A stretch of DNA of 64,000 bases from Phycisphaerae bacterium (lineage in GTDB: Bacteria > Planctomycetota > Phycisphaerae > SM23-33). Position 1 is the first letter of the stretch. Every line of letters starts with the position of its first letter. The notes beneath the pieces were generated by a model. That model had not been told where the DNA came from. It saw only the letters and a program-made list of their open reading frames with translations, and ran no database searches. The translations under genes and the position numbers were made by a program. Location: positions 25,664-89,663 of the forward strand of contig JAWLCQ010000001.1 in the NCBI GenBank assembly GCA_041687095.1. Direction: 5' to 3'. Shown here piece by piece: positions 1-8,549 of this stretch.

Positions 1-2364
1 CTCCTCGACCGCGGGGGGCGGGTGAAGATCGCGGATTTCGGTTTGGCCAGGCTGATCGGGGCCGACGGCGGCGCATCCGTTCGTGGCACGGGCGTCTCGT
101 CCGCGCGTCCCACGGACGTCCCGCTCGATGCGGGGGAGGCGAGCGGATCGGCGGCGGCATCTGAAGGCCCCGGGCGCAAGGGGGCGCCCGGCGGCCTGGG
201 GGGCGGGGCGACGATCGGGGAGGAGCGCGTCTGTGGGACGCCCCGCTACATGGCCCCCGAGCAGTTCGATCGCCCCCGCGAGGTGGACCACCGCGCGGAC
301 ATCTACTCGCTGGGGGCGGTGTTTTATGAGATGCTCACCGGCAGCCTCCCGCAGGGAGCGCCCGGGCAGGTCTTCGAGCCCCCGTCGCACCGCGTGCTCA
401 TCGATGTCCGCCTCGACGAGGTTGTCCTCCGCGCCCTGCACCGCGAACCCTCCCTCCGCTACCAGCACGCCAGCGAGGTCCGCACGCAGGTGGAGACCAT
501 CGTCTCGTCGCTCCCCGTGCCCGACGCATCCGGCGGGCCTCGCGTCCCGGCCGTCCACTCCCCGCCAAGCCCCGCCGGTGCACAGGGAACTCCCTCTCCC
601 CGCCTGTCGATTCTTGCGCTCATCGGCGCCCTGTGGGCGCCGCTGGCGTTCGCGGTGTTTGTCGGGTTGTATGTGGTGGTGATACCCAGTTCTCCCGCTG
701 GATCGTTCCGCCCGGCCCTGTGGCAAGTGGTGCTGAGGTTCACCCTCCTCCCGCTGGGGCTCACCGCGCCCTTCGGGACCACGCTCTGCGGGGCGATCGC
801 TCTCGCCCGCATCCGCCACTCCGCCGGACGGCTGTACGGGCTGGGGCTCGCCCTGGCCGACGCGCTGCTGTTCCCGCTGCTGCTCCTCGACGCAGGACTC
901 TTCTACGTGACCCTCGACCTCTTCAGTCGTCCCCCCTTCCGCGCACTGGGCGGGGGGTGGGGAGGCGTCGGTCTGCTCGTGGCGGTCGCCCTCTGCGCGA
1001 TCGTCGACATCCTGATCGTCCGGTGGGCCTGGCGGGCGGTGAAGCGGCCGACGACGATCCAGGACCCCCGCGGGAACTCCCTTCCTTCGCAAGGCCGCTT
1101 GCACGGGACCGACGATGGTGAGGGTAGGCGCCCCGGTACGCACGTGGGCTTCGCATGGAACAACTGGCAGCGGAACTGGTACTGGCCCATCGTGGGCGTC
1201 CGCGACGGGCGGAAGGTCATCCACTGGCCGGGTGTGCTCGCCACCGCGGCCATCCTCGCCGTCCTCATCGCCGCCGGGATGCTCCTGTTCGACCTGATCC
1301 TGCACCGACTCACGGGCGTCTCGCTCCTGGGCTACCGCCTGCTGGCGATCGTCGCCCTGGGCACCGCGGCCATCCTGTTCTTCTCGATTCGTCGTGGGCT
1401 TCGCCTGCCGCCCGAGCGCCTCGCTGCGCTCGACCGCCCCCGGCGGCAATGGGGCAAGTACGTCGTGGGGCTGCTGGTCGCGCTCGCGCTCGCGCTGGTC
1501 GTGCGGACGTTCGTGATCGGGGCGTTTATCGCCAAGACCCCCGCCGTCGCCCCCGAGATCCCCGCGGGCAGCCGCGTATACGTCCTCAAGCTCGACCGTA
1601 CGTTCTCCCCGGGCGACATCATCGTCTACTACAACAACCAGGATCAGCCCCTGCTTGGTCGCGTCACCCGCAACGGACCCGACGCGGGCAAGGTGCACAT
1701 CGAGCGCTACGGCCTGCCGGAGGAGGTCCCGGTGTCCGCTGTCGTGGGGCGCGTGTTCTTCCACACCCGCAGCTCGCGCCCCAGCCAACCCGTCGCCCCG
1801 GCGGCGGTGCTGTACGGGCCCATCCAAGTGGCGACGCTCAAGTCACCTCAGGTGGACCGCTCGGCCGCCTACATCGACCTCGACACCCATCGCATCGTCC
1901 CGCTGCCCGAGGACATCGATCCCAGCGACCAGCCGACCCTGTGGCAGTGGGCGAGGGACAACGGCGTCGACGCCGTCGCCGACACCTCCCAGAGCATCCG
2001 CGGGCTGCTGGGATTCGACCTCACCGTCGCCAAGATCGCGGACGAGGACTGGGACAGGGTGTGGAACGACCCCAAGAGCACGCTCGTCCAGCGGGCCATC
2101 GCCGCGGCGACGTTCAGGGACTCCAAGTTGCCTCCTGGCCCATACGCGCAGTCCGTCATCTCCGCCAACGTGGTCTCGGTGGGGCGCGTGAGTTCGACGT
2201 TCGCCTTCGAAACGCGTGAGGGCGGATGGGGCATCCTCCAGCTCACGCAGATCAAAGACGAGCCCAGCGGATTCATCACCTTCCGCTGCCGAATCGCTCC
2301 CGCACCGCAGGCTTCGACGACGTCCGCAACCGAGCCCGATCCCGCAAGCCGCCCGGGCCCATGA
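1..2364 (+). CDS. Serine/threonine protein kinase, 5'-truncated at the window edge; C-terminal polytopic membrane region with a degenerate S26 signal-peptidase-like domain
   Basis: Frame 1 is open from nt 1 and reads LLDRGGRVKIADFGLAR (DFG motif) ... GTPRYMAPEQ (APE motif), which are Hanks kinase subdomains VII-VIII. ORF track 22..2364 is the in-window portion. Downstream there are several hydrophobic helices and a stretch VRTFVIGAF..PGDIIVY..LLGRVTRNG resembling LepB box motifs, but without the Ser/Lys catalytic dyad. Confidence 0.8.
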   Translation, partial: LLDRGGRVKIADFGLARLIGADGGASVRGTGVSSARPTDVPLDAGEASGSAAASEGPGRKGAPGGLGGGATIGEERVCGTPRYMAPEQFDRPREVDHRADIYSLGAVFYEMLTGSLPQGAPGQVFEPPSHRVLIDVRLDEVVLRALHREPSLRYQHASEVRTQVETIVSSLPVPDASGGPRVPAVHSPPSPAGAQGTPSPRLSILALIGALWAPLAFAVFVGLYVVVIPSSPAGSFRPALWQVVLRFTLLPLGLTAPFGTTLCGAIALARIRHSAGRLYGLGLALADALLFPLLLLDAGLFYVTLDLFSRPPFRALGGGWGGVGLLVAVALCAIVDILIVRWAWRAVKRPTTIQDPRGNSLPSQGRLHGTDDGEGRRPGTHVGFAWNNWQRNWYWPIVGVRDGRKVIHWPGVLATAAILAVLIAAGMLLFDLILHRLTGVSLLGYRLLAIVALGTAAILFFSIRRGLRLPPERLAALDRPRRQWGKYVVGLLVALALALVVRTFVIGAFIAKTPAVAPEIPAGSRVYVLKLDRTFSPGDIIVYYNNQDQPLLGRVTRNGPDAGKVHIERYGLPEEVPVSAVVGRVFFHTRSSRPSQPVAPAAVLYGPIQVATLKSPQVDRSAAYIDLDTHRIVPLPEDIDPSDQPTLWQWARDNGVDAVADTSQSIRGLLGFDLTVAKIADEDWDRVWNDPKSTLVQRAIAAATFRDSKLPPGPYAQSVISANVVSVGRVSSTFAFETREGGWGILQLTQIKDEPSGFITFRCRIAPAPQASTTSATEPDPASRPGP

Positions 2365-2471
2365 CGTGGACTTGCGGTGAGGACAGGTTCCTCTCGACTT
2401 GGCCCTTCCTCTCTGGTAGTGTGCTAAGCTCCGGTTAAGAGAGTCGCGCGTCTCCCGCAAGAGGAAGATCC

Positions 2472-3128
2472 ATGTTGCAAGGTAGTGCATCCCCACGACT
2501 GTCGCTACGGCAGCAGTTGACGTGGTGGCCGATGGCGATCCAGCCCGTCGCCCTCGTCGCCTGCATCGTCTACAGCCGCATCGACCCCGCCTTCTTCTAC
2601 AAGCTGCAGAACCTCCTCGAAGTCCCCGCGCCGTTCCTGATCGGGCTGGCGGCCTTGCTGTACCTGGGACGGTCCATCGCGCAGCGCAATCTGCTGTTTG
2701 CGCTGCTGGGGGTGATGGCGGCGGTGATGACGCTGCGGGAGATCCACGACCTGCCCGGGCTGGGGATCATGAAGCGGATCATCTACATCGCCCCCTGCGT
2801 GCTGGCGGGAATCGCCGTCCTCTGCCGCGTCCGCATCAAGCGCGAGCTGGGGGGCGACCCCCGGCACACCTCATGGGTGCTGGCGATGATGGCGGCGTAC
2901 CTGCTGGCGGTGCTGGTGGGGCGGCGGGCGTTCCGGATCGTCCCGGGCGAGCATGAGATCCACCGTTCCCTCGAGGAGTGCGCCGAGACCGTCGCCCACC
3001 TCATGTTCCTGACGGCGAACCTGGTGGCGTCATGGCGCTCGGCCCGGCGGGACGCCTCCGCGCAGGCGGCCGACCGGCCCGCCGCCCACACCCAGCCCGC
3101 TCCCGAGGCCGAGCGCGCGAACGTCTAG
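2472..3128 (+). CDS. Hypothetical integral membrane protein (4-5 predicted TM helices)
   Basis: 218-aa ORF with GC3-rich codons and multiple hydrophobic segments (e.g. LIGLAALLYL, LLFALLGVMAAVM). I recognised no conserved family. Confidence 0.55.
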   Translation: MLQGSASPRLSLRQQLTWWPMAIQPVALVACIVYSRIDPAFFYKLQNLLEVPAPFLIGLAALLYLGRSIAQRNLLFALLGVMAAVMTLREIHDLPGLGIMKRIIYIAPCVLAGIAVLCRVRIKRELGGDPRHTSWVLAMMAAYLLAVLVGRRAFRIVPGEHEIHRSLEECAETVAHLMFLTANLVASWRSARRDASAQAADRPAAHTQPAPEAERANV

Positions 3129-3286
3129 ACGGGGGGACCCGCACACCTTCCCTCGGGTGTTCTCGCGCACATGGGAAGGGTTTCCCACAGTTCCGAAACC
3201 GGAAATCTTGGCGGGTGTCGGGGTAGGGGATTCTCCTTAGTGCTGTTCCCGTATGGAGTAAGGTGAAGTTTTTGTCCGGTTTTTCC

Positions 3287-3315
3287 TTGTCCGGTGGGGG
3301 ATCCCGTGGTAGAGT
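3287..3315 (+). promoter_or_regulatory. Putative sigma70-type promoter for the cold-shock gene (TTGTCC-N17-TAGAGT)
   Basis: TTGTCC at 3287-3292, a 17-nt spacer and TAGAGT at 3310-3315, preceded by a T-rich UP-like tract (tttttgtccggtttttcc) in an AT-enriched island. This would give a roughly 155-nt leader. Confidence 0.3.
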
Positions 3316-3475
3316 ACCGCAGTGAATGGATCGGACCGGGGAGGACGGCATTTCGGTTCACGGGTCTGATCGTGCGGTGTTTCATGTCGCCGGTGACCGG
3401 TCTTGGGTGCATGCCGCGCGGGTACTCTGCGCGGTGCGATCAGGCAAGGCTGCGAGGGCAGTGGAGAGTGGTGGT

Positions 3476-3721
3476 ATGACCAAGGGCACCGTCAAGTGGT
3501 TCAACAATGCCAAGGGGTTCGGGTTCCTGCGCACCGAGGAGACGGCGGACGATATCTTCGTTCACCATACCGCCATCGAGTGCGACGGCTACCGGACCCT
3601 GAAGCAGGGCGAGCCGGTGGAATTCGATCTGGTGACGGGGCCGAAGGGCCTGAAGGCCGAACACGTGATCCGCCAGATGCAGGCGGCGCACGCGGCGGCG
3701 CAGCAGCAGGCTCCGGCGTAG
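3476..3721 (+). CDS. cspA: Cold-shock protein, CspA family (S1-like cold-shock domain)
   Basis: MTKGTVKWFNNAKGFGFLRTE..DIFVHHTAIE..GYRTLKQGEPVEFDL carries the RNP1/RNP2 motifs of CspA. The ATG at 3476 is in frame with ORF 3326..3721; the upstream part of that ORF is leader. Confidence 0.9.
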   Translation: MTKGTVKWFNNAKGFGFLRTEETADDIFVHHTAIECDGYRTLKQGEPVEFDLVTGPKGLKAEHVIRQMQAAHAAAQQQAPA

Positions 3722-3726
3722 GCGCC

Positions 3727-3748
3727 CCGAGCGGCGGCAGCGGCTCGG
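3727..3748 (+). terminator. Possible intrinsic terminator hairpin after the cold-shock gene
   Basis: ccgagc-ggcggcagc-ggctcgg GC-rich stem-loop 6 nt after the stop codon. There is no U-tract, as is typical of high-GC genomes. Confidence 0.3.
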
Positions 3749-3808
3749 AAGGCGTCCGCCCCCGAATGGGAAGGCGGCCGGGCGGGCGGGACGGCCGTGG
3801 CGGTTCCG

Positions 3809-4513
3809 CTACGCGTTCTCCGCGTGCAGTGGCAGGAACTGGGCCCACAGCGCCTCGAAGGACGCGGTGAACGCGCCTGCCAGGTTCGCGTCCTCGCACA
3901 GCAGGATATTCTCCTGGTTGTACTCGGCGGCGCGGCGGGTCCAGTTGTAGCTGCCCGTCAGCACCTTGCCGGCGTCGAACACGGCGAACTTGTGGTGCAT
4001 GTGGTACTCGGCGGAGTCGGTCCGCACGGGGATCCCCGCGCGAATGAACCGATCGATGTCGCTCCCCCGGGCTTGCGCCTTCTGATCGTCGGTGATGATC
4101 CGCACCGCCACCCCCCGCCGGTGCGCCTCCAGAATCGCCGTCGCGATCACATCGTGCGTGATGGAGAACACGCACACGTCGACGGTCCGATGGGCGGCCT
4201 GGAAGAGCCCGACGATGGTGGCGGCGCAGTCGTGCTCGGGGGCGAAGCGGGCCTGGAGCATCGGCCCCGCCGCCGGGGCGGGCAGCGCCGCCCACACCGC
4301 CTTCACCACCCCTTCCAGCCAGTCCGCCACCGCCCGGTCCTCCACGCACAGCCGCTGCCGCGCCACGTCAAACGCCTGCGCCTGCAGCCACAGGGCCTTC
4401 TGGGCGTTGAGTTCCGCCTCGCGCAGCATCTGCCCCAGCACCCGCTTCTCGCCGCGCGACAGGCAGTGGTCGTCCAGCGTGCGATTCAGAATCTCGTCCA
4501 GACCCTCGATCAT
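3809..4513 (-). CDS. Phospholipase D-like (single HKD motif) family protein: PLD/Nuc-like phosphodiesterase or phosphatidyltransferase
   Basis: HMHHKFAVFD...GSYNWT is a canonical HxK(x4)D(x6)GSxN HKD motif. The start at MIEGLDE is preceded by a perfect SD, AAGGAGG-7nt-ATG. The longer ORF-track start (4630) would overlap the upstream gene. Confidence 0.75.
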   Translation of the reverse strand: MIEGLDEILNRTLDDHCLSRGEKRVLGQMLREAELNAQKALWLQAQAFDVARQRLCVEDRAVADWLEGVVKAVWAALPAPAAGPMLQARFAPEHDCAATIVGLFQAAHRTVDVCVFSITHDVIATAILEAHRRGVAVRIITDDQKAQARGSDIDRFIRAGIPVRTDSAEYHMHHKFAVFDAGKVLTGSYNWTRRAAEYNQENILLCEDANLAGAFTASFEALWAQFLPLHAENA

Positions 4514-4589
4514 GCTCGCGCCTCCTTTGCCGTGCGCCCTCAAGACGTCCCTGCGGGAGGCACTCCGCTCCCCCCGGCCCTGTGGGGTT

Positions 4590-5756
4590 CTACCGGTCCG
4601 CCTCCAGCAGGTGAAGGATCTCTTGTACAACGATCTGGCTCGAGGGTCGACGGAGTTCTCGCACCGACCGGGACATGGCGTGCAGACGGGAGGGGTCGGC
4701 GAGGAGGGCGGCGACGGTCGAGGCGGTCTGGCGGACGGAGTGGGTGATGATGGCCGCGTTATGGCTTTCCGCCCAGCGCGCGTTGCCTCGCTCCTGCCCC
4801 GGGATGGGGCGGGGCAGGACCATGGGGGTTCCGCGGGCGAGGCACTCGGAGACGGTCATGCCTCCGGGCTTGGTGATCATGAGGGCGGCGAGTTCGGCGA
4901 GTTCGTGGAGGCGGTCGGTGAAGGGGACGGGCTTGAGGGAACCGGCGGCGGCCTCGGGGAGGCGGGCGAGGCATCCGAGGAGCCGCTTGTTGCGCCCGGC
5001 GAGGACGGCGACGAGGGCGTGGGGGTGCTCGCGCAGGACCCGCCGGGCGGTGGGGACCACCGGGCCGCACGTGAACTCCGTCCCGCCCGACAGCAGGACG
5101 AGCGGGCGGTCGGCGGGCAGGTCCCAGCGGGCGCGAGCCTCGTCACGATCGACCGGGGCGAGCCATTTGCCCGCGATGGGGATCCCGCTGACCGTCACCC
5201 GCTCGGGGGGGATCCCCCACGTCCGCAGGTGCTCGCGGGCCTCTTCGCAGGGAACGCACCAGCGAGCGACGTCCTCGCAGTGCCACCAGCGGTGGACGTC
5301 GAAATCGGTGACCACGACCATCTGCGGACAGCGGAGGCGTCCCTGGCGGATGAGCCGGCGGACCACGGGCGGGGCGAGGAAGTGCGTGTGGACGATCAGG
5401 TCGTAGTCCCGCTGCAGCAGCCACTGCTCGAACGCGCGGAGGCGGCGGGCCTCGAAGGCGAGCCTGACCCGCTCCATCCGCCCCCGCCGCGGCGCGTCGG
5501 GCCGGTTGCTGTACCAGTGGCCCAGCCCGTACAGCCAGGGCACGCGGGTGACGGTGAGTTCGTACCCGCCGCGGTAGACCAGGCGGTACCAGCGGGAGAG
5601 GTGGTCGAGGATATCAATGTGCTCGACCTCGGCGCGGGGGTGCTGGCGGTGCAACTCCTCGACGACGGCCTTGGCGGCATGGGTGTGACCGGCGCCCACG
5701 TGGGCGGAGATCACCAGGACGCGGGGCGGACGCGACGGCGCCTCGGAACCGTTCAT
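4590..5756 (-). CDS. Glycosyltransferase family 28, MGDG-synthase / UgtP-like diacylglycerol glycosyltransferase
   Basis: The N-terminus RVLVISAHVGAGHTHAAKAV matches the MGDG_synth N-domain and the C-terminus is a GT28 C-domain. The true start, MNGSEAP at 5754-5756, overlaps the upstream stop (ATGA). The rest of ORF 4590..6947 is a Pro/Arg-rich read-through. Confidence 0.85.
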   Translation of the reverse strand: MNGSEAPSRPPRVLVISAHVGAGHTHAAKAVVEELHRQHPRAEVEHIDILDHLSRWYRLVYRGGYELTVTRVPWLYGLGHWYSNRPDAPRRGRMERVRLAFEARRLRAFEQWLLQRDYDLIVHTHFLAPPVVRRLIRQGRLRCPQMVVVTDFDVHRWWHCEDVARWCVPCEEAREHLRTWGIPPERVTVSGIPIAGKWLAPVDRDEARARWDLPADRPLVLLSGGTEFTCGPVVPTARRVLREHPHALVAVLAGRNKRLLGCLARLPEAAAGSLKPVPFTDRLHELAELAALMITKPGGMTVSECLARGTPMVLPRPIPGQERGNARWAESHNAAIITHSVRQTASTVAALLADPSRLHAMSRSVRELRRPSSQIVVQEILHLLEADR

Positions 5757-7489
5757 GGGGAGGGGTCCCGGGAGGGCGGGGGCAACTGGAGCAGCCGCCG
5801 GGCCGCCAAGGCGCTGAACGGGTTGGGCGGGGCGGCGTGGACCAGCCCGAAGTGCTCCCCGGGACTGCGTACCTCCTCCACGCCCTCGACGGTCTGCCGC
5901 TGCAGCGCCAGCAGGCCGAGTTCGAAGTTGGCCTGCACGGCCGCGTCGAGGTCGCTCCGCTGTCGGGCGAGGAGGGCGAGCTGGGTGGCGCGGCGGTGGG
6001 GGTCGGGGTCGGCGAGGGCGTAGGCGACCTTGAGGTTGCCGGCGAGGGGGGTATTCTCGTGACGGGCGGCGAGGTCGTCGAGGCGGCGGAGGTAGGCGGG
6101 GCGGTCGAAGGCGAGGGGGTGGGTCTGGAGGAGTTCGGCGAGGGCGGCGGCGGCGGGGGGGCTGTCGTGTACGTCGTTCTCGCGAACGAGCCACAGCAGC
6201 CGCTCCGCCTGGAACAGGGCCTGCTCGTAGTAGGGGCGGGAGGGGATGGCGTCGTGGTCGTCGAAGACTTGCGGGGGGGCGGTGCGGGAGTGTTGCAGCA
6301 GGGCGCGGAGGGTATCGACGGCCGACAGGAGCAACTGCTCCCCGGTCTCGCAGTCGCCCGCCCGCAGGGCCAGTTCCCCCGCTCGCCGGCCCGCCAGGCC
6401 CGCGTGCGGGCCCCCGGGATAGTCCCGCAGCAGCGCCTCCCAGCGTGGGCGGGACTCGGGGGGGGCGAGGGCGGCGGTGCAGCGGACGGTTCCGGCGGCG
6501 TAGGCGGGTTCGTGGAGGCGGAGGGAGGCGCACTGCGCGGACAGCCAGGTGATCTCGGCGGAGCGGCGGGAGCGGGGGTGGCGGTGGAGGAACTGCTCGC
6601 ACTGGTCGACGAGTTCGCGGCGGCGGCGGTCGAGGTCGTCGCGGGCGCGTTCGCGGAGGGCGCTGCCGCTGAGGCCCTCTGCCCCCGCTCGCGTCCGCCA
6701 CTCCTCCAGCGGCAGGGGGGCGAAGATCTCCTCGTCGGCGTGGATTTGGGCGACGATGCGGCGGTACTCGAGTTCGACCGTCCCCACGTGCCCGTAGAAG
6801 ATTGCCCCGGCGGGGATGGGCAGGACGAGCAGCAGCGGCCAGACCGCCGCGTAGTGCCATCGCAGCCACCGCCCCAGGCGGAGCACCATTGCCGCCACGA
6901 TCACCGCGAGGACCACGGCGAGCACCAGCGGGGCCCGCAGGGCCCATCGCTGGATGGGCAGGACGGTTTCGGCCAGCGACCCGGCGAGGACGGACAGGTA
7001 CAGGTATCCGGCGGCGACCAGGAGCCCGAGCAGGACGGCGAGGAACGGGGCGTCATGGCGGAGCGGCGTGCGGGCGGCGAGGACGCAGGCGAAGATCAGC
7101 GAGAGGCTCAGCAGCGGCCAATGCCCCAGCACGCCCACCGTCACCGCCAGCCCCACCCCCCAAGCCAGGCGGTGCATGACGGCAACGAGGATGGGCGTTC
7201 CGATCATGCTCGCCAGGAGGATGGCGTGGGCGACGATCAGCCAGGGGTAGGCCAGGACGCTCAGGGGGGCGAGGAACCCCTCGTCCACGGGGGTCCCGAG
7301 TTCGCCGGCGTAGGTGGACAGGGCGAAGTCGAACCACTGGCCGGTGGCGAGGTAGCGCTCGAAGACGGCGGCGGCGGCGACGGCCAACCACACCGGCAGC
7401 GGGTAGACCCAGGCGCGCCAGCCCCCGACGGCCTGCTGCAGGCGGGCGGGTCGCATGTTTTCACTGCCGTCTCTGGCCATTCGCTCCAT
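5753..7489 (-). CDS. Hypothetical polytopic membrane protein (about 9 TM helices) with a C-terminal soluble helical domain; translationally coupled to the GT28 gene
   Basis: C-terminal 578 aa of ORF 5753..8506, with an N-terminal signal anchor MRPARLQQAVGGWRAWVYPLPVWLAVAAAAV and many hydrophobic helices. The start is uncertain (in-frame ATGs at 7489, 7480 and 7456). The ORF upstream of about 7550 is antisense to thyA. Confidence 0.65.
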   Translation of the reverse strand: MERMARDGSENMRPARLQQAVGGWRAWVYPLPVWLAVAAAAVFERYLATGQWFDFALSTYAGELGTPVDEGFLAPLSVLAYPWLIVAHAILLASMIGTPILVAVMHRLAWGVGLAVTVGVLGHWPLLSLSLIFACVLAARTPLRHDAPFLAVLLGLLVAAGYLYLSVLAGSLAETVLPIQRWALRAPLVLAVVLAVIVAAMVLRLGRWLRWHYAAVWPLLLVLPIPAGAIFYGHVGTVELEYRRIVAQIHADEEIFAPLPLEEWRTRAGAEGLSGSALRERARDDLDRRRRELVDQCEQFLHRHPRSRRSAEITWLSAQCASLRLHEPAYAAGTVRCTAALAPPESRPRWEALLRDYPGGPHAGLAGRRAGELALRAGDCETGEQLLLSAVDTLRALLQHSRTAPPQVFDDHDAIPSRPYYEQALFQAERLLWLVRENDVHDSPPAAAALAELLQTHPLAFDRPAYLRRLDDLAARHENTPLAGNLKVAYALADPDPHRRATQLALLARQRSDLDAAVQANFELGLLALQRQTVEGVEEVRSPGEHFGLVHAAPPNPFSALAARRLLQLPPPSRDPSP

Positions 7490-7705
7490 CCGTATGCCCG
7501 ATGGCGACTCGCACGAGCGGACCCGCACGGGGCGCTGCCGTGCCTCCATCCTACGGGACGGACGGGGGTTGGGGCAATGACAGACGCCAGGGGACCGCGT
7601 GCGAAGGGCGCCCGTCCCGCCCCGCCGCGCCCTGCCGCCTTGACCTGTCGCCGTCCGCCCCGTATGAAGGAGGGAAATCGCCCCCAGGGCAAGGAGGCCG
7701 CGCCA

Positions 7706-8545
7706 GTGAAGTCCATCCACATCGTCGAACCCTCGCTCCCCCTCGCCTGGGAGCGCGCCGTCATCGCCGCCTGGGAGCAGGGCGAGAGCTTCCCCACCGA
7801 GTATGACCGCCCGGGCGACCCCAACAGCCGCGACGTGACGGCCATGATCCACGTGACCTCCCCCTTCGCCGAACCCCGCATCCACCGCTGGTTCCCGGGG
7901 GGCCTGGAGGACCTCGAGAAGTACCGCTCGGAGGTGCTCTACGGCGTGCACGACCACTGGATCGACCCCGCCGCCGGGAAGTGGGAGTACACGTACCACC
8001 AGCGCCTCTTCACCTACGACGTGCCCGGGATCGGGCTCTTCGACCAGGTCGCCGCCGCCGTCGAAAAGCTCCGCCAGGTCCCCTTCACCCGCCGCGCCCA
8101 AGCCGTCACCTGGCAGGTCTGGAACGACACCAACATCGCCGACCCCGCCTGCCTGCAACGGATCTGGTTCCGCATCTCCGACGGGCGGCTGCACATGAAC
8201 GTGCACATGCGCTCCAACGACGCGTACAAGGCGGCGTTCATGAACATGTACGCCTTCACGGAACTGCAGGCCGCCGTCGCCTCGCGGCTGGGCGTGGAGG
8301 CGGGCGAGTACATCCACATCGCCGACAGCTTCCACATCTACGGGAGCGGATTCGAGGAGATCCAAGGGCTGATCCGAATGGCGCAGGATCGCACGGTGGA
8401 GGACAGGACGTATGCCACCGCCTTTGCCCGTGAGATCTTCCTCGACGGGTGCGACCAACTGCTCCGCGAAACGGACATGCCCCCCGAGAAGCGCGCCCTC
8501 GTCCAACGCCGCCGCGAGGAGCTGCAGGCGCAGATCGAGGCGTGA
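7706..8545 (+). CDS. thyA: Thymidylate synthase (ThyA family, divergent)
   Basis: RRAQAVTWQVWN, PACLQRIWF (catalytic Cys), MRSNDAYKAAFMNMYAF and DSFHIYG align with the ThyA RRxxxSAWNP / PCH / QRSxDxxLGxPFNIASY / DxHxY motifs. GTG at 7706 has an AAGGAGG SD 8 nt upstream; an alternative ATG lies at 7664. Confidence 0.75.
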   Translation: MKSIHIVEPSLPLAWERAVIAAWEQGESFPTEYDRPGDPNSRDVTAMIHVTSPFAEPRIHRWFPGGLEDLEKYRSEVLYGVHDHWIDPAAGKWEYTYHQRLFTYDVPGIGLFDQVAAAVEKLRQVPFTRRAQAVTWQVWNDTNIADPACLQRIWFRISDGRLHMNVHMRSNDAYKAAFMNMYAFTELQAAVASRLGVEAGEYIHIADSFHIYGSGFEEIQGLIRMAQDRTVEDRTYATAFAREIFLDGCDQLLRETDMPPEKRALVQRRREELQAQIEA

Positions 8546-8549
8546 CCGC

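Noticed and set aside
5757-6947. N-terminal 397 aa of ORF 4590..6947 (Pro/Arg-rich)
   Set aside because: Extreme low complexity (PRRPRPPPP runs) and antisense to the membrane-protein gene 5753..7489. The GT28 homology begins exactly at MNGSEAP, where an ATGA overlap with the upstream gene occurs.
5837-7663. First about 600 aa of plus-strand ORF 5837..8545
   Set aside because: Gly/Glu/Val/Ala low-complexity shadow of the minus-strand membrane-protein gene. The ThyA homology only starts near 7706, where a strong SD plus GTG is found.
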